This document shows positions 1-11,639 of a stretch of DNA of 64,000 nt, piece after piece. Both the position numbers and the translations under genes were made by a program. A model generated the notes under the pieces. The model had not been told where the DNA came from, made no database searches, and saw only the letters and a list, made by a program, of their open reading frames with translations. Source of the stretch: an uncultured delta proteobacterium (lineage in GTDB: Bacteria > Myxococcota > Myxococcia > SLRQ01); contig CAVSGM010000009.1 in the NCBI GenBank assembly GCA_963727485.1, forward strand, positions 32,001 through 96,000, read 5' to 3'. Numbering within the stretch: the stretch's first letter is position 1; every line of letters begins with the position of its first letter.

Positions 1-379
1 TGAGGCGGGAGGTCCCCGGGCCGGTGACGGGCTGGCCGGTCTGGACCACCAGGAGGGCCACCGCCGCCGCCGCGGCGACCGCGCCCACCAGGCCCGCGGC
101 GACCCGGGTGAGGGTCCGGGCCGGGCGGCGGACCTCCCGGCGGATGCGCTCGAAGGCGAGGTCGTCCCGGAGGGGCTCGGATGGGGCGAGGCCGTAGAGG
201 GCGTCGTCGACCACTCCGTCGAGGGGGTCGACCTCGCCCCGGGTGGCGGCGTCGGCGAGGAAGGCCTCGCAGGTGTCGCACCCGGCCTCGAGGTGGTCGG
301 CGAGGGCCCGGCGGGCGCCTGGGTCGAGGGCACCCTCGAGGAAGGCGTGCCAGGTCTTGCTGTCGAGATGGGCCGTCAT
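1..379 (-). CDS. Putative zinc-binding anti-sigma factor (3' end runs off window)
   Basis: Not in ORF track. ATG at 379 overlaps the sigma stop (ATGA). Translates MTAHLDSKTWHAFLEGALDPGARRALADHLEAGCDTCEAFL (ZAS-like H..CxxC), then a hydrophobic segment VAAGLVGAVAAAAAVALLVV. Confidence 0.7.
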   Translation of the reverse strand, partial: MTAHLDSKTWHAFLEGALDPGARRALADHLEAGCDTCEAFLADAATRGEVDPLDGVVDDALYGLAPSEPLRDDLAFERIRREVRRPARTLTRVAAGLVGAVAAAAAVALLVVQTGQPVTGPGTSRL

Positions 380-957
380 GCGGGCTCCCCCTCTTCCCGA
401 GCCAGGAGGGCGGCCAGCCGCCGCTTGACCTTCGCCCGGAACCGCTCCAGGCGCATGGTCACCGTGCTCTTGCCCACCCCGAGACGCTCGGCAATCTCGC
501 GGGCGGAGAGCTTCCCCTCCACGTAGAAGAGCCGCACCGTCTCGGCCTCCGGACCCTCCGGCAGGCTGGCGATGAGCTCGCGAACGATCTCGATGCGACG
601 CTCCCAATCCAGGCGCTCCGGATCCACCCGGGGCGACGACGGCCCCCGGACGGGGTCGGCGAAGTAGCCCTCGGTGGCCCGACGCTCCGCCGCCAGGCTC
701 GACACCCGGTTGAGACACCGGGAGCGGGCGATGGTCAGAAGCCACGGCCGGAACCGGGCCGGGTCGTTGAGGCGGTCGATGTTTCGGAAGGCTCGCACGA
801 AGGTCTCCTGGACCAGGTCCTCCACGTCCGCCGAGGAGAGCTGGCCGAACCCGCGGCACACCCGTCGCACCGCGGCCAGGTGGGTGCTGTGGAGCTCCCG
901 CCAGGCTGCGACGTCGCCATCGCGAGCGCGCGTCACCAGACCTGTCTCGTCGGTCAT
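376..957 (-). CDS. ECF-type RNA polymerase sigma factor
   Basis: Region 2 (DVEDLVQETFVRAF, FRPWLLTIARS) and region 4 HTH (LSAREIAERLGVGKSTVTMRL). Likely start MTDETG at 957. Confidence 0.9.
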   Translation of the reverse strand: MTDETGLVTRARDGDVAAWRELHSTHLAAVRRVCRGFGQLSSADVEDLVQETFVRAFRNIDRLNDPARFRPWLLTIARSRCLNRVSSLAAERRATEGYFADPVRGPSSPRVDPERLDWERRIEIVRELIASLPEGPEAETVRLFYVEGKLSAREIAERLGVGKSTVTMRLERFRAKVKRRLAALLAREEGEPA

Positions 958-1060
958 GTCGTCCCGAATCTCACCTGATCCGACCGCCGTGATCCCGTGC
1001 CGGCCACCGGAATCGTCGCCCAGGTGGCACCCCGGACGCCAGCGGTGCAGGATCCCGCCG

Positions 1061-1750
1061 GTGCGCCTCTCGGTGATCCTCCCCGTCCTCGACGAGGCCG
1101 CCCACATCCGGGCGGCGGTGGGCCACCTGCGCGCCCTCGCCCCGGCCCCGGAGATCGTCGTCGTCGACGGCGGCAGCGCCGACGCCACCCCCACCCTCGC
1201 CCGGGACGCCGGCGCCGACCGGGTCCTCGAGACCCGGCCCGGGCGCGCCCTGCAGATGAACGCCGGCGCCGCCGCGGCCTCCGGCGACGTCCTCCTCTTC
1301 CTCCACGCCGACGTCCGCCTGCCGCCCTCGGCCCCGGCCCGGGTCGCCGCGGCCCTCGCCGACCCGGCGGTCCCCGGGGGCGCCTTCCGGACCTGGCACG
1401 TCCCCGAGGGCCCCTGGCCCCGGCCGCTGGCGCCCCTGCTCCACCTCGCCGACCTGCGCTCGCGCTACACCCGCACGCCCTACGGCGACCAGGCCCTCTT
1501 CGTCCGGCGGGCCGCCTTCGAGGCCGTCGGGGGCTTCCCGGAGCTCCCCCTGATGGAGGACCTGGCCTTCTCCCGGCGCCTCAGGAGCCTCGGCCGCCTC
1601 GCCCGGGTGACCGAGTCGGTCACGGTCTCCGCCCGGCGCTTCCAGGCGGGGCCGGTGCGCTACACCGTCCTGGTGAACACCTTCCCCCTGCTCTATCGCC
1701 TCGGGGTTCCGCCGGCGGCCCTGGCGCGGCTCTACCGGCATGTCCGATGA
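1061..1750 (+). CDS. GT2 glycosyltransferase, TIGR04283-like family
   Basis: LSVILPVLDE, VVDGGSAD, GRALQMNAGA, LLFLHAD, PYGDQALF, LMEDL, SARRF motifs. GTG start at 1061. Confidence 0.85.
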   Translation: MRLSVILPVLDEAAHIRAAVGHLRALAPAPEIVVVDGGSADATPTLARDAGADRVLETRPGRALQMNAGAAAASGDVLLFLHADVRLPPSAPARVAAALADPAVPGGAFRTWHVPEGPWPRPLAPLLHLADLRSRYTRTPYGDQALFVRRAAFEAVGGFPELPLMEDLAFSRRLRSLGRLARVTESVTVSARRFQAGPVRYTVLVNTFPLLYRLGVPPAALARLYRHVR

Positions 1751-1760
1751 TGGCCGCGGC

Positions 1761-3239
1761 ATGACCCTTGCTGACCCGACCCCGCGGAGAGGACTCCGCG
1801 TGTACCTGACCGGCACCGGCCGCCGGCTCCTCGTCGGCTTCGGCACCCTGGTGGTGCTCCTCGGCGTCGCCACCTGGCAGACGTCCCGGGGCTTCACCAC
1901 CGTGCGCCAGACCTGCCACGCCATGCGCGTGGAGGAGCACAAGGTCCGCACCGTCCTCCAGCTCGGCAGCGCCGTCCGCGACCAGTACGCCCACCAGGCC
2001 CACACCATCCTCCTGGGCAACGAGAGCCACGTGCCCCTCTACCGCGAGGCCCGGGCCCGGGTGCGCCGCCTCCTCGGGGATCTGGAGCAGGGCCGGCTCT
2101 CCCCCTCGGACCGGACGGCGGTCGAGGAGATCCGCGCCTCCTCCGACGCCATGGACCGGGCCTTCCGCGGATCCATCCTCCCGGCGGTGGCTGCCCACGA
2201 CATGGCCGCCGCCCGGGCCGCCCACGACCGGGAGCTCTCCCGGGTGCTCCTGGTCCAGGACCGCACCGACGCCCTGGCGAAGCGCTCGGAGGCGGCCATC
2301 GGGGCCTTCGAGGCCAAGGTCGCCCGGATCCAGCGCCGGGCCTACCTGTGGTCGGTGGGCATCCTCCTGGGCGCGGTGGCCTTCGCGGCCCTCATGGGCC
2401 TGTGGATCGCCCGGTCGGTGGCCCGGCCGGTGGTGGCCCTCGAGGCCGGCGCCGCGCGCCTCGCCGCCGGCGACCTCGACACCCACCTCGACGTGGACCG
2501 CACCGACGAGTTCGGACGCCTCGCCGCCCAGTTCAACGCCATGACCACCTCGCTCAAGCAGCACCAGGCCGAGCTGCTCCGCAACGAGCGCCTGGCGGGG
2601 ATCGGCCGGCTGGCCGCCGGGGTGGCCCACGAGAATCAACAACCCCCTGGGGGTCATCCTCGGCTACGCGAAGCTCCTGGAGAAGAAGGGCGACGACGCC
2701 ACCCGGGCCGACCTGGCGGTCATCGTCGGCGAGACCCGGCGCGCCCAGGAGATCGTCGAGGGGCTCCTCGACCTGGCGCGGCCCTGGGATCCCGGCGACG
2801 GCGCGGTGGACCTGCGACCCCTGGCCGACGAGGCCGCCGAGCGCCTCCGGGAGTCGGGGTCGGCCGGGGACGTGACCCTCGAGGTCGAGGGCGACGGCCG
2901 GGCGGTGGCCACCCCCCGGGCGGTGAACCAGGTCCTCACCAACCTCCTGCGCAACGCCGTCGAGGCGGCGGGACCCGGGGGCCGGGTGCGGGTGACCGTG
3001 GGGGGCGGCGGCCCCGAGACCCGCCTCACCGTGGAGGACACCGGGCCGGGGATCCCCGAGGCCACCCGGGCCCGCCTCTTCGAGCCCTTCTTCACCACCA
3101 AGGCCGGTGGCACCGGCCTCGGCCTCGCCGTCTCCCAGGCCATCGCCCGGGCCCACGGCGGCCGCCTCGAGGCCGAGGACACCGGGCACGGCGCCCGCTT
3201 CATCCTGGTGCTCCCGGCGCCCAGGGAGGCGAGCGCGGC

Positions 3240-3243
<4 letters not shown>
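1761..3243 (+). CDS. HAMP-domain sensor histidine kinase (1-bp insertion at ~2634)
   Basis: Two TMs flanking a His-rich periplasmic domain; HAMP (DEFGRLAAQFNAM). H-box AGVAHE|INNPL is split by GAGAATC. HATPase (NLLRNA, DTGPG, FFTTK, GTGLGL) continues in ORF 2806..3243. Confidence 0.88.
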
Positions 3244-4631
<1,388 letters not shown>

Positions 4632-4639
4632 TCGCGGCC

Positions 4640-4652
4640 GTCACACTGTAAC
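4640..4652. promoter_or_regulatory. Candidate enhancer-binding-protein site (imperfect palindrome GTCACA-C-TGTAAC)
   Basis: AT-richer palindrome with one mismatch, ~100 bp upstream of a sigma-54 promoter. Confidence 0.35.
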
Positions 4653-4749
4653 CGGGCCGGTCACCCCGCCCCGGACGCCGGGGGCGGGCATCGCGACCCG
4701 CACCGCGCCTCGACGCCCTCCGCCTGCGCCGAGGGCAACGCGCGGCCCC

Positions 4750-4765
4750 TGGCACGGTGGGTGCT
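4750..4765 (+). promoter_or_regulatory. Sigma-54 -24/-12 promoter of cusCBA
   Basis: TGGCACGGTGGGTGCT has exact GG-N10-GC spacing, lies directly upstream of cusC and follows a sigma-54 activator gene. Confidence 0.7.
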
Positions 4766-4779
4766 TGGTGGGGGGTGCC

Positions 4780-6087
4780 ATGACGACCCTCCGCCCCCCG
4801 ACCCCGGTCCTCGCCGTCCTCCTCGCCGTCGCCCTCGTCCCCCGCCCGGGCCATGCGGCGGACGACGCGCCCGCGCCCCTCGACAGCGCCGATGCGGCGG
4901 CCCGGGCGGTTCTCGCGGCGAACCCCGCGCTCTCGGCCCTCGAGGCCCAGGTCGCGGCCCTGAAGCACGGCGTCCCCCAGGCCGGCGTGTGGCAGGACCC
5001 CATGGCCGCGGTCGAGTACTCGAACATGCCCGTGGACGCGCCCTGGCCCGGCAACCACCCGATGTCGGGGATCCAGCTCAAGGTCCAGCAGACCCTCCCC
5101 GCCCCGGGGAAGCTCGCCGCCCGGACCGCCGTCGCCGAGTCGCGGGTGGTCAGCGCCCGGGACGCCCTGGCCGAGAAGCAGGACCAGCTCGTGGGCCTGG
5201 TCCGCGACCTCTACCACCGCCTGGCCCTGGTCCGGCAGCTCAAGGCGGTCACCGTCGAGCACCTCGGGCTGGTGAAGCAGTTCATCGCCGTGGTCCGCAC
5301 GAGCTACGAGGTGGGCCGGGCCCACCAGCACGACCTCCTCCGTCTCCAGGTGCTCCGGGACCGCCTCGCCGACGACCTCAACGGCTTCGACGACCGGGAT
5401 CGCCAGCTCACCTCGCTCCTGGTGGCGGCGGTGCACCGGCCCCCGGGCACCGAGGTCCAGACCCCCGAGGTCACCCGGGCCCCGGCGCCCCCGGCGCACC
5501 TCGACCCCCTCCTGGCCGGCGCCCTGAAGCGCCGCCCCCTGCTCCGGGACCTCGCCGACCGCGCCCACACCGCCGAGCTCGCCGCCCGGCGCGCGGAGGT
5601 GGAGCAGCGCCCGGACGTGACCGTGTGGCTCGGCTACCGCATCCGCACCCCGGCGGGCACCGACCCCGGCACCGACTTCGTCACCGCCGGCGCCTCCATC
5701 CCCCTGCCCTGGTTCTGGAACAGCCGGCGGTGGGGCGAGAAGGCCCAGGCGAACCGGGCGATGGCGCGGAGCCTGACCGACCGGCGCCAGGCCGCCGTCG
5801 ACGCCCTCCGGGGCCGCCTCGAGGCCGACCTCGCCCGGTGGCGCCGCGCCACCCAGAAGGCGAAGACCTACTCGGACGGGCTGGTCCCCGAGGCCCGCCG
5901 CACCCTCGACGCGACCTTCGCCGCCTACCGGGTCGGCCGCGCCGACTTCGCATCCCTCTACCAGGCGGAGCTCGAGCTCCTCGACTTCGAACGCACCATC
6001 CGCACCGCCGAAAGCGACGCCGCCCGCGCCGCGGTGGACGTCTCGACCCTCACCGGCGCCTACGCGCCCCAAGGAGCCCCGCGATGA
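4780..6087 (+). CDS. cusC: TolC-family outer membrane efflux protein (CusC/CzcC-like)
   Basis: Signal peptide; OEP-like motifs (QTLPAPGKL, YEVG, AAYRVGRADF); first gene before MFP and RND genes. Confidence 0.85.
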   Translation: MTTLRPPTPVLAVLLAVALVPRPGHAADDAPAPLDSADAAARAVLAANPALSALEAQVAALKHGVPQAGVWQDPMAAVEYSNMPVDAPWPGNHPMSGIQLKVQQTLPAPGKLAARTAVAESRVVSARDALAEKQDQLVGLVRDLYHRLALVRQLKAVTVEHLGLVKQFIAVVRTSYEVGRAHQHDLLRLQVLRDRLADDLNGFDDRDRQLTSLLVAAVHRPPGTEVQTPEVTRAPAPPAHLDPLLAGALKRRPLLRDLADRAHTAELAARRAEVEQRPDVTVWLGYRIRTPAGTDPGTDFVTAGASIPLPWFWNSRRWGEKAQANRAMARSLTDRRQAAVDALRGRLEADLARWRRATQKAKTYSDGLVPEARRTLDATFAAYRVGRADFASLYQAELELLDFERTIRTAESDAARAAVDVSTLTGAYAPQGAPR

Positions 6088-7598
6088 AGCGCCTCCACCT
6101 CAACCGCCGCCGCACCGTCGCCCTCTTCGTCGCCGGGCTGGTCGGCGTCGCCACCGTCGCCGCCACCCTCGCCCCGCCCACCCGGGCCGGCGCCGAGGAC
6201 GCCGCCCATGCCACGAAGAAGGTCTGGACCTGCGTCATGCACCCCCAGATCGTCCGCGACCATCCGGGCGCCTGCCCCATCTGCGGCATGAACCTGGTGG
6301 AGAAGGAGGTGTCGGTCGCCGGGGCCGAGAAGAAGGCGCCCAAGAAGGGGCAGAAGATCCTCTACTGGGTGGCGCCGATGGACCCGAGCTACCGGCGCGA
6401 CAAGCCCGGCAAGTCGCCCATGGGCATGGATCTCGTGCCCGTCTACGCCGGCGGCAACGACGAGGGGATGGTCGAGATCAGCCCGGTGGTGGTGCAGGAC
6501 ATGGGCGTGCGCACCGCGGTGGTCCGCCGCGGCACCATCTACCACCAGGTGCGTACCATCGGCAGCGTGGTCCCCGCCGAGGACCGGCTGTGGGTGGTGA
6601 ACCTGCGCTTCTCCGGGTGGATCGCGCACCTCTTCGTCGAACGAAACCGGCGTGCGGGTGAAGCGGGGGCAGGCGCTGTTCACCGTCTACTCCCCGGAGC
6701 TGGTGAGCGCCGAGCAGGAGTACGTGGTGGCCCTGAAGACCGCCGGGGCCGGGTCTCGCCCTCGCCCGGGCGAGCCGCCAGCGCCTCGTCTACTACGGGG
6801 TGCCCAGCTGGGAGATCCGGCGCCTCGCCAAGGACCGCACCTCCCGCGCCACCCTCACCATCCCCGCGCCGGGGTCCGGGGTCGTGCTCAAGAAGAACGT
6901 CGTCGAGGGGGCCAGGGTGAAGGCCGGCGAGGACCTCTTCCGCATCGCCGACCTCTCGGAGGTCTGGGTGGAGACCGACGTCTACGACTTCGACGCGCCC
7001 TGGGTGCACCTCGGGGCCAAGGCGAAGATGCGGCTCTCCTACGACCCGGGGCAGACCTTCGACGCCAACGTCGCCTTCGTGAACCCGACCCTGGACGTGC
7101 GGACCCGGACCCTGCGGGTGCGCCTGGAGGTGCCGAACACGGATCTCGAAGCTCAAGCCCGGGATGTTCGCCACCGTGGACATCGAGACCACGCCCCGAA
7201 AGGACGCGGTCATCATCCCCACCGAGGCGGTGATCCGCTCCGGGAGCCGGGAGCTCGTGTTCGTGGTCCATGAGCTCGGCCACTACGAGGCCCGACGAGA
7301 TCACCACCGGCGTCGCCGGCGCCGACTACGAGACCCAGGTGCTGGCCGGCCTGAAGCCCGGGGAGCGGGTGGTCACCAGCGGCCAGTTCCTCCTCGACTC
7401 CGAGAGCCAGCTCCGGGAGGCGGTGGCCAAGATGTCCGCCAAGGGCCTCGAGCGGCCACCGGCGAAGCGCAGACAGCGCGCTGACGCCGCGCGTCACCGA
7501 CGGCTGCCGGCGCCGACGGCGGCGACATGAAGGGCATGAAGATGGACCACGGCCCGACCACCAAGATGGACACGACGGGCGCGGCCCACGCGCACTAG
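6084..7598 (+). CDS. cusB: Efflux RND periplasmic adaptor CusB (several frameshifts)
   Basis: WTCVMHP..CPICGM and YWVAPMDP..KSPMGMDLVP metal-binding domains; YSPELVSAEQEY, IADLSEVWV, GQFLLDSESQL spread over frames; ends GDMKGMKMDHGPTTKMDTTGAAHAH-stop at 7598. Confidence 0.88.
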
Positions 7599-7607
7599 GG
7601 AGCCCCC

Positions 7608-10600
7608 ATGATCGCCTGGATCATCGAGAAGAGCGTCCGCAACCGGCTCCTGGTCCTCCTGATCTCGGCCATCGTCGTCGGCGTCGGGGTGTGGGCGCTG
7701 GCGAGCACCCCGGTGGACGCCATCCCCGACCTCTCCGACGTCCAGGTCATCGTCTACACCGACTACGCCGGGCAGGCCCCGCAGGTGGTCGAGGACCAGG
7801 TCACCTACCCCCTGACCACCGCCATGCTCTCGGTGCCCTACGCCAAGGACGTGCGCGGCTACTCGTTCTTCGGCTTCTCGCTGGTCTACGTCATCTTCGA
7901 GGACGGGACCGACCTGTACTGGGCCCGCTCGCGGGTGCTCGAGTACCTGAACTTCGCCAGCAGCCGCCTGCCGCCCGGCGTGACCCCCCAGCTCGGCCCC
8001 GACGCCACCGGCGTCGGCTGGGTCTACGAGTACACCCTCACCGACTTCACCCCGCGCAGGCGTCGGTGCTCCGCCAGAAGCTCGACGCGAACCACGACGG
8101 AATGCGTCGAGCGACGACGAGCTGCCGGCCCCGGCAGGACAGTGAGCAAGGTCGACGGCAAGCCGGTGGCGGTCTACAGCCACGACCAGCTCGCCGCGCT
8201 CTTCACCACCGACCACCCCCCGGGTCCGCCCAAGCCCGCCGCAGTTCCGCGAAGAGCTGGCTGAAGTTACATCGTCGACGGCTTCGACCGCGACCACGAC
8301 GGGCGGATCTCCAGACACGAGCTCTACCAGGCCGCCAACTTCGCCGGGCATCGACCTGGCGCAAGCTGCGCTCGCATGCAGGACTGGTACCTGCGCTACC
8401 AGCTGATGAGCCGTGCCCGGGGTCAGCGAGGTCGCCTCGGTGGGCGGCTTCGTGCGCCAGTACCAGGTGGAGGTCGACCCGGAGAAGCTGCGCGCCTACG
8501 ACATCCCGCTCGCCAAGGTGAAGCACGGCCATCCAGCGCAGCAACACCGACGTCGGCGGGCGCCTGGTGGAGATGGGCGAGACCGAGTTCATGGTGCGGG
8601 GCATGGGCTACATCCAGAGCCTCAAGGACCTCCGGGACATCCCCGTCGGCGTCGACCCGGCGACCCACACCCCCATCTACCTGCGCCAGATCGCCGACAT
8701 CCACCTGGGGCCCGAGATCCGCCGGGGGCTCGTGGACATGGACGGCAAGGGCGAGGTGGTCACCGGGATCGTGGTGATGCGCTTCGGCGAGAACGCCCTC
8801 GACGTCATCCAGGCGGTGAAGGAGCGCCTCGCGGCCCTGAAGGCCGGCCTGCCGCCGGGGGTCGAGGTCCACACCTCCTACGACCGGTCGTCCCTCATCG
8901 AGCGGGCCATCGAGACCCTCGAGCACAAGCTCATCGAGGAGATGATCGTCGTCTCCATCATCTGCATCCTCTTCCTGCTCCACTTCCGCTCGGCCTTCGT
9001 GGCGATCTTCACCCTGCCGGTGGGGATCCTGATGTCGTTCATCGTCATGCGCGCCTCGGCGTCAACGCCAACATCATGAGCCTCTCGGGGCATCGCCATC
9101 GCCATCGGGGTGATGGTCGACGCCGCGGTGGTCCTGGTGGAGAACCTCCACAAGCACAAGGAGCGCGACCCCGGACACGACCCACCTCGAGCTGGTCATC
9201 CGGGCGGCCAAGGAGGTGGGCCCGGCGCTGTTCTTCTCCCTGGTCATCGTGACCGTGAGCTTCTTGCCGGTGTTCACCCTCCAGGCCCAGGAGGGGCGGC
9301 TGTTCCGGCCGCTGGCCTACACCAAGACCTTCGCCCTGGCCTCGGCGGCGCTGGTGTCGATCACCATCATCCCGGTGCTGATGTACTACTTCGTCCGGGG
9401 CAAGCTCCCGAAGGAGTCGAACAACCCCCTGAACCGGTTCTTCATCTGGATCTACCGGCCGGTGATCCGCGCGGTGCTGCGGCCATCCCGTGGCGCACCC
9501 TGGCCGCGGCCCTGATGGTGCTGGTGGTGAGCTTCTGGCCCTGGACCCGGATCGGCAGCGAGTTCATGCCCCCGCTCAACGAGGGCGACCTCCTCTACAT
9601 GCCCACCACCCCGCCGGGGATCTCGATCACCAAGGCCAAGGAGCTGTTGGAGCAGACCGACCGCATCATCGCCACCCACCCGCAGGTCGAGAAGCGTCCT
9701 GGGCAAGGTCGGCCGGGCGGACACCGCCACCGACCCGGCGCCGCTGTCGATGATCGAGACGGCGGTCACCCTCACGCCCCGAGGCGACCTGGCCCAAGGG
9801 CAAGACCATCGAGGACATCACCGGCGAGCTGAACCAGATGGTCCAGTTCCCCGGCGTCACCAACGCCTGGACCATGCCCATCAAGACCCGCATCGACATG
9901 CTGGCCACCGGGATCAAGACGCCGGTGGGCATCAAGCTCCTGGGCGCCGACCTCTCGGTGCTCTCCAAGGTGGGCCAGGAGATCGAGGCGGTGCTCCGCG
10001 AACCTCCAGGGCACCGCCAGCGTCTACGCGGAGCGGGTGGTCGGCGGCAACTACATCGACATCGAGGTCCGCCGGGAGGCCGCGGCGCGCTATGGCCTCA
10101 CCGTCGGCGACGTCCAGGACGTCATCCAGAGCGCCATCGGCGGCATGAACGTCACCGAGACCGTCGAGGGCCTCGAGCGCTACCCGGTGAACCTGCGCTA
10201 CCCCGGGAGCTGCGCAACGACCTCGACAAGCTGCGCGCAGGTCGCGGTGCCCACGCCCATGGGCCACTACGTCCCGCTGGCCGCGGTCGCCGACATCCGG
10301 GTGACCAAGGGCCCGCCGATGATCAAGAGCGAGGACGCGCGGCGCACCGCCTGGATCTACGTCGACCTCGACACCTCGGACCTCGGCGGCTACGTGAGGC
10401 GCGCCCAGGCGATGGTCACCCGGCGCGTCCAGCTCCCCGAGGGCGTGTCCATCGTGTGGTCCGGTCAGTACGAGTACATGCAGCGGGCCAACAAGCGCCT
10501 GGCGGTGGTGGTGCCCCTGACGCTCGCCATCATCTTCCTCCTGCTCTTCCTCCACTTCCGCAACTTCGTGGAGACCAGCATCGTGCTCCTGCACCCTGCC

Positions 10601-11059
10601 GTTCGCGCTGGTGGGCGAGCATCTGGCTCATGTGGCTGCTCCGACTACAACATCTCGGTCGCCGTGGGGGTCGGGTTCATCGCCCTGGCGGGCCTGGCGG
10701 CCGAGACCGGCGTGGTGATGCTGGTCTACCTCGACGAGACCTACGAGCGCTGGCGGTCCGAGGGGCGCCTGAAGAGCCTCGCCGACCTCACGCCCATCGT
10801 CATCGAGGGCGCCGTGGACCGGGTGCGGCCCAAGCTGATGACCGTCGCCGCCATCCTCTTCGGGCTCCTGCCCATCATGTGGGGCAACCAGACCGGCTCC
10901 CGGGTGATGAAGCGCATCGCCGCGCCGATGGTCGGCGGGGTGATCTCCTCGACGGTGCTCACCCTGGTGATCATCCCCGTGGCCTACTCCCTGTGGAAGC
11001 GCTTCCACCACCGCCACGATCTCCCGGCGACCCCGCCCCCCGAGGCGCCAGCGGACTGA
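7608..11059 (+). CDS. cusA: CusA/SilA heavy-metal RND efflux pump (multiple frameshifts)
   Basis: [27 protein letters not shown], Cu(I)/Ag(I) Met-triad contexts [22 protein letters not shown], and RVRPKLMT, distributed over successive ORF fragments. Confidence 0.93.
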
Positions 11060-11181
11060 CGCAGGGGCTGCAGGACCGGCAGGGTTCCCGGTCCCGGCGC
11101 AGGGCTTTCCGCAGGGCTTGCGCCACGCCCGGGCCCGTCGGGGCACCCTGGGCCGCAGTACTAAGGTGACCGGATCGCGCG

Positions 11182-11197
11182 CGGCACGTGGCTTGCG
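11182..11197 (+). promoter_or_regulatory. Sigma-54 -24/-12 promoter
   Basis: CGGCACGTGGCTTGCG closely matches YTGGCACGNNNNTTGC, ~75 bp upstream of ATG 11272. Confidence 0.7.
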
Positions 11198-11271
11198 TTG
11201 TTCCCGGGCGAGACCGCCCGCGCCAGGGGGGGGCGGTCCTCACCACCTCCCTGGTTCAGTTGGAGTGACAG

Positions 11272-11493
11272 ATGTCCACGATGATCAAGAAGCTGCTCCT
11301 CGCCAGTGCCCTCGTCCTCGGGCTCTCGGCCGCCATGCCGGCCTTCGCCCAGGAGGAGGCAGAGGGGACCGAGCAGGTCGAGCCCGCCCCGCCGGAGGAG
11401 ACCGCCGAGGAGGCCGCGCCCGAGGAAGGCCAGGCCGAGGAGGAGCCCGAGGCCCCGGCGCCCGAGCAGGGCACCGACGAGGCCGCCGAGTAG
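11272..11493 (+). CDS. Small secreted Glu/Ala/Pro-rich protein
   Basis: GGAG RBS, classical signal peptide ending AFA|Q, ~46-aa acidic mature part. Confidence 0.75.
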   Translation: MSTMIKKLLLASALVLGLSAAMPAFAQEEAEGTEQVEPAPPEETAEEAAPEEGQAEEEPEAPAPEQGTDEAAE

Positions 11494-11639
11494 CGTCTCT
11501 CTTGCCGGCGCCGCCGACCTCCCGGGGCCGGCGGCGCTGGCCGCTCATGCCAGCGGTGTGCTAGGACCCCCGAGATCGTTCCCCTGGGCGCCGACGCCCT
11601 GGAGGAATCCCCGTCCCCTCTCGGAGGTTGGCCCCGGCG

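Noticed and set aside
6640..10640. cusB/cusA as pseudogenes
   Set aside because: Dense indels, but all catalytic motifs and codon bias are preserved, which fits low-quality consensus sequence better than decay. Cannot be fully excluded without reads.
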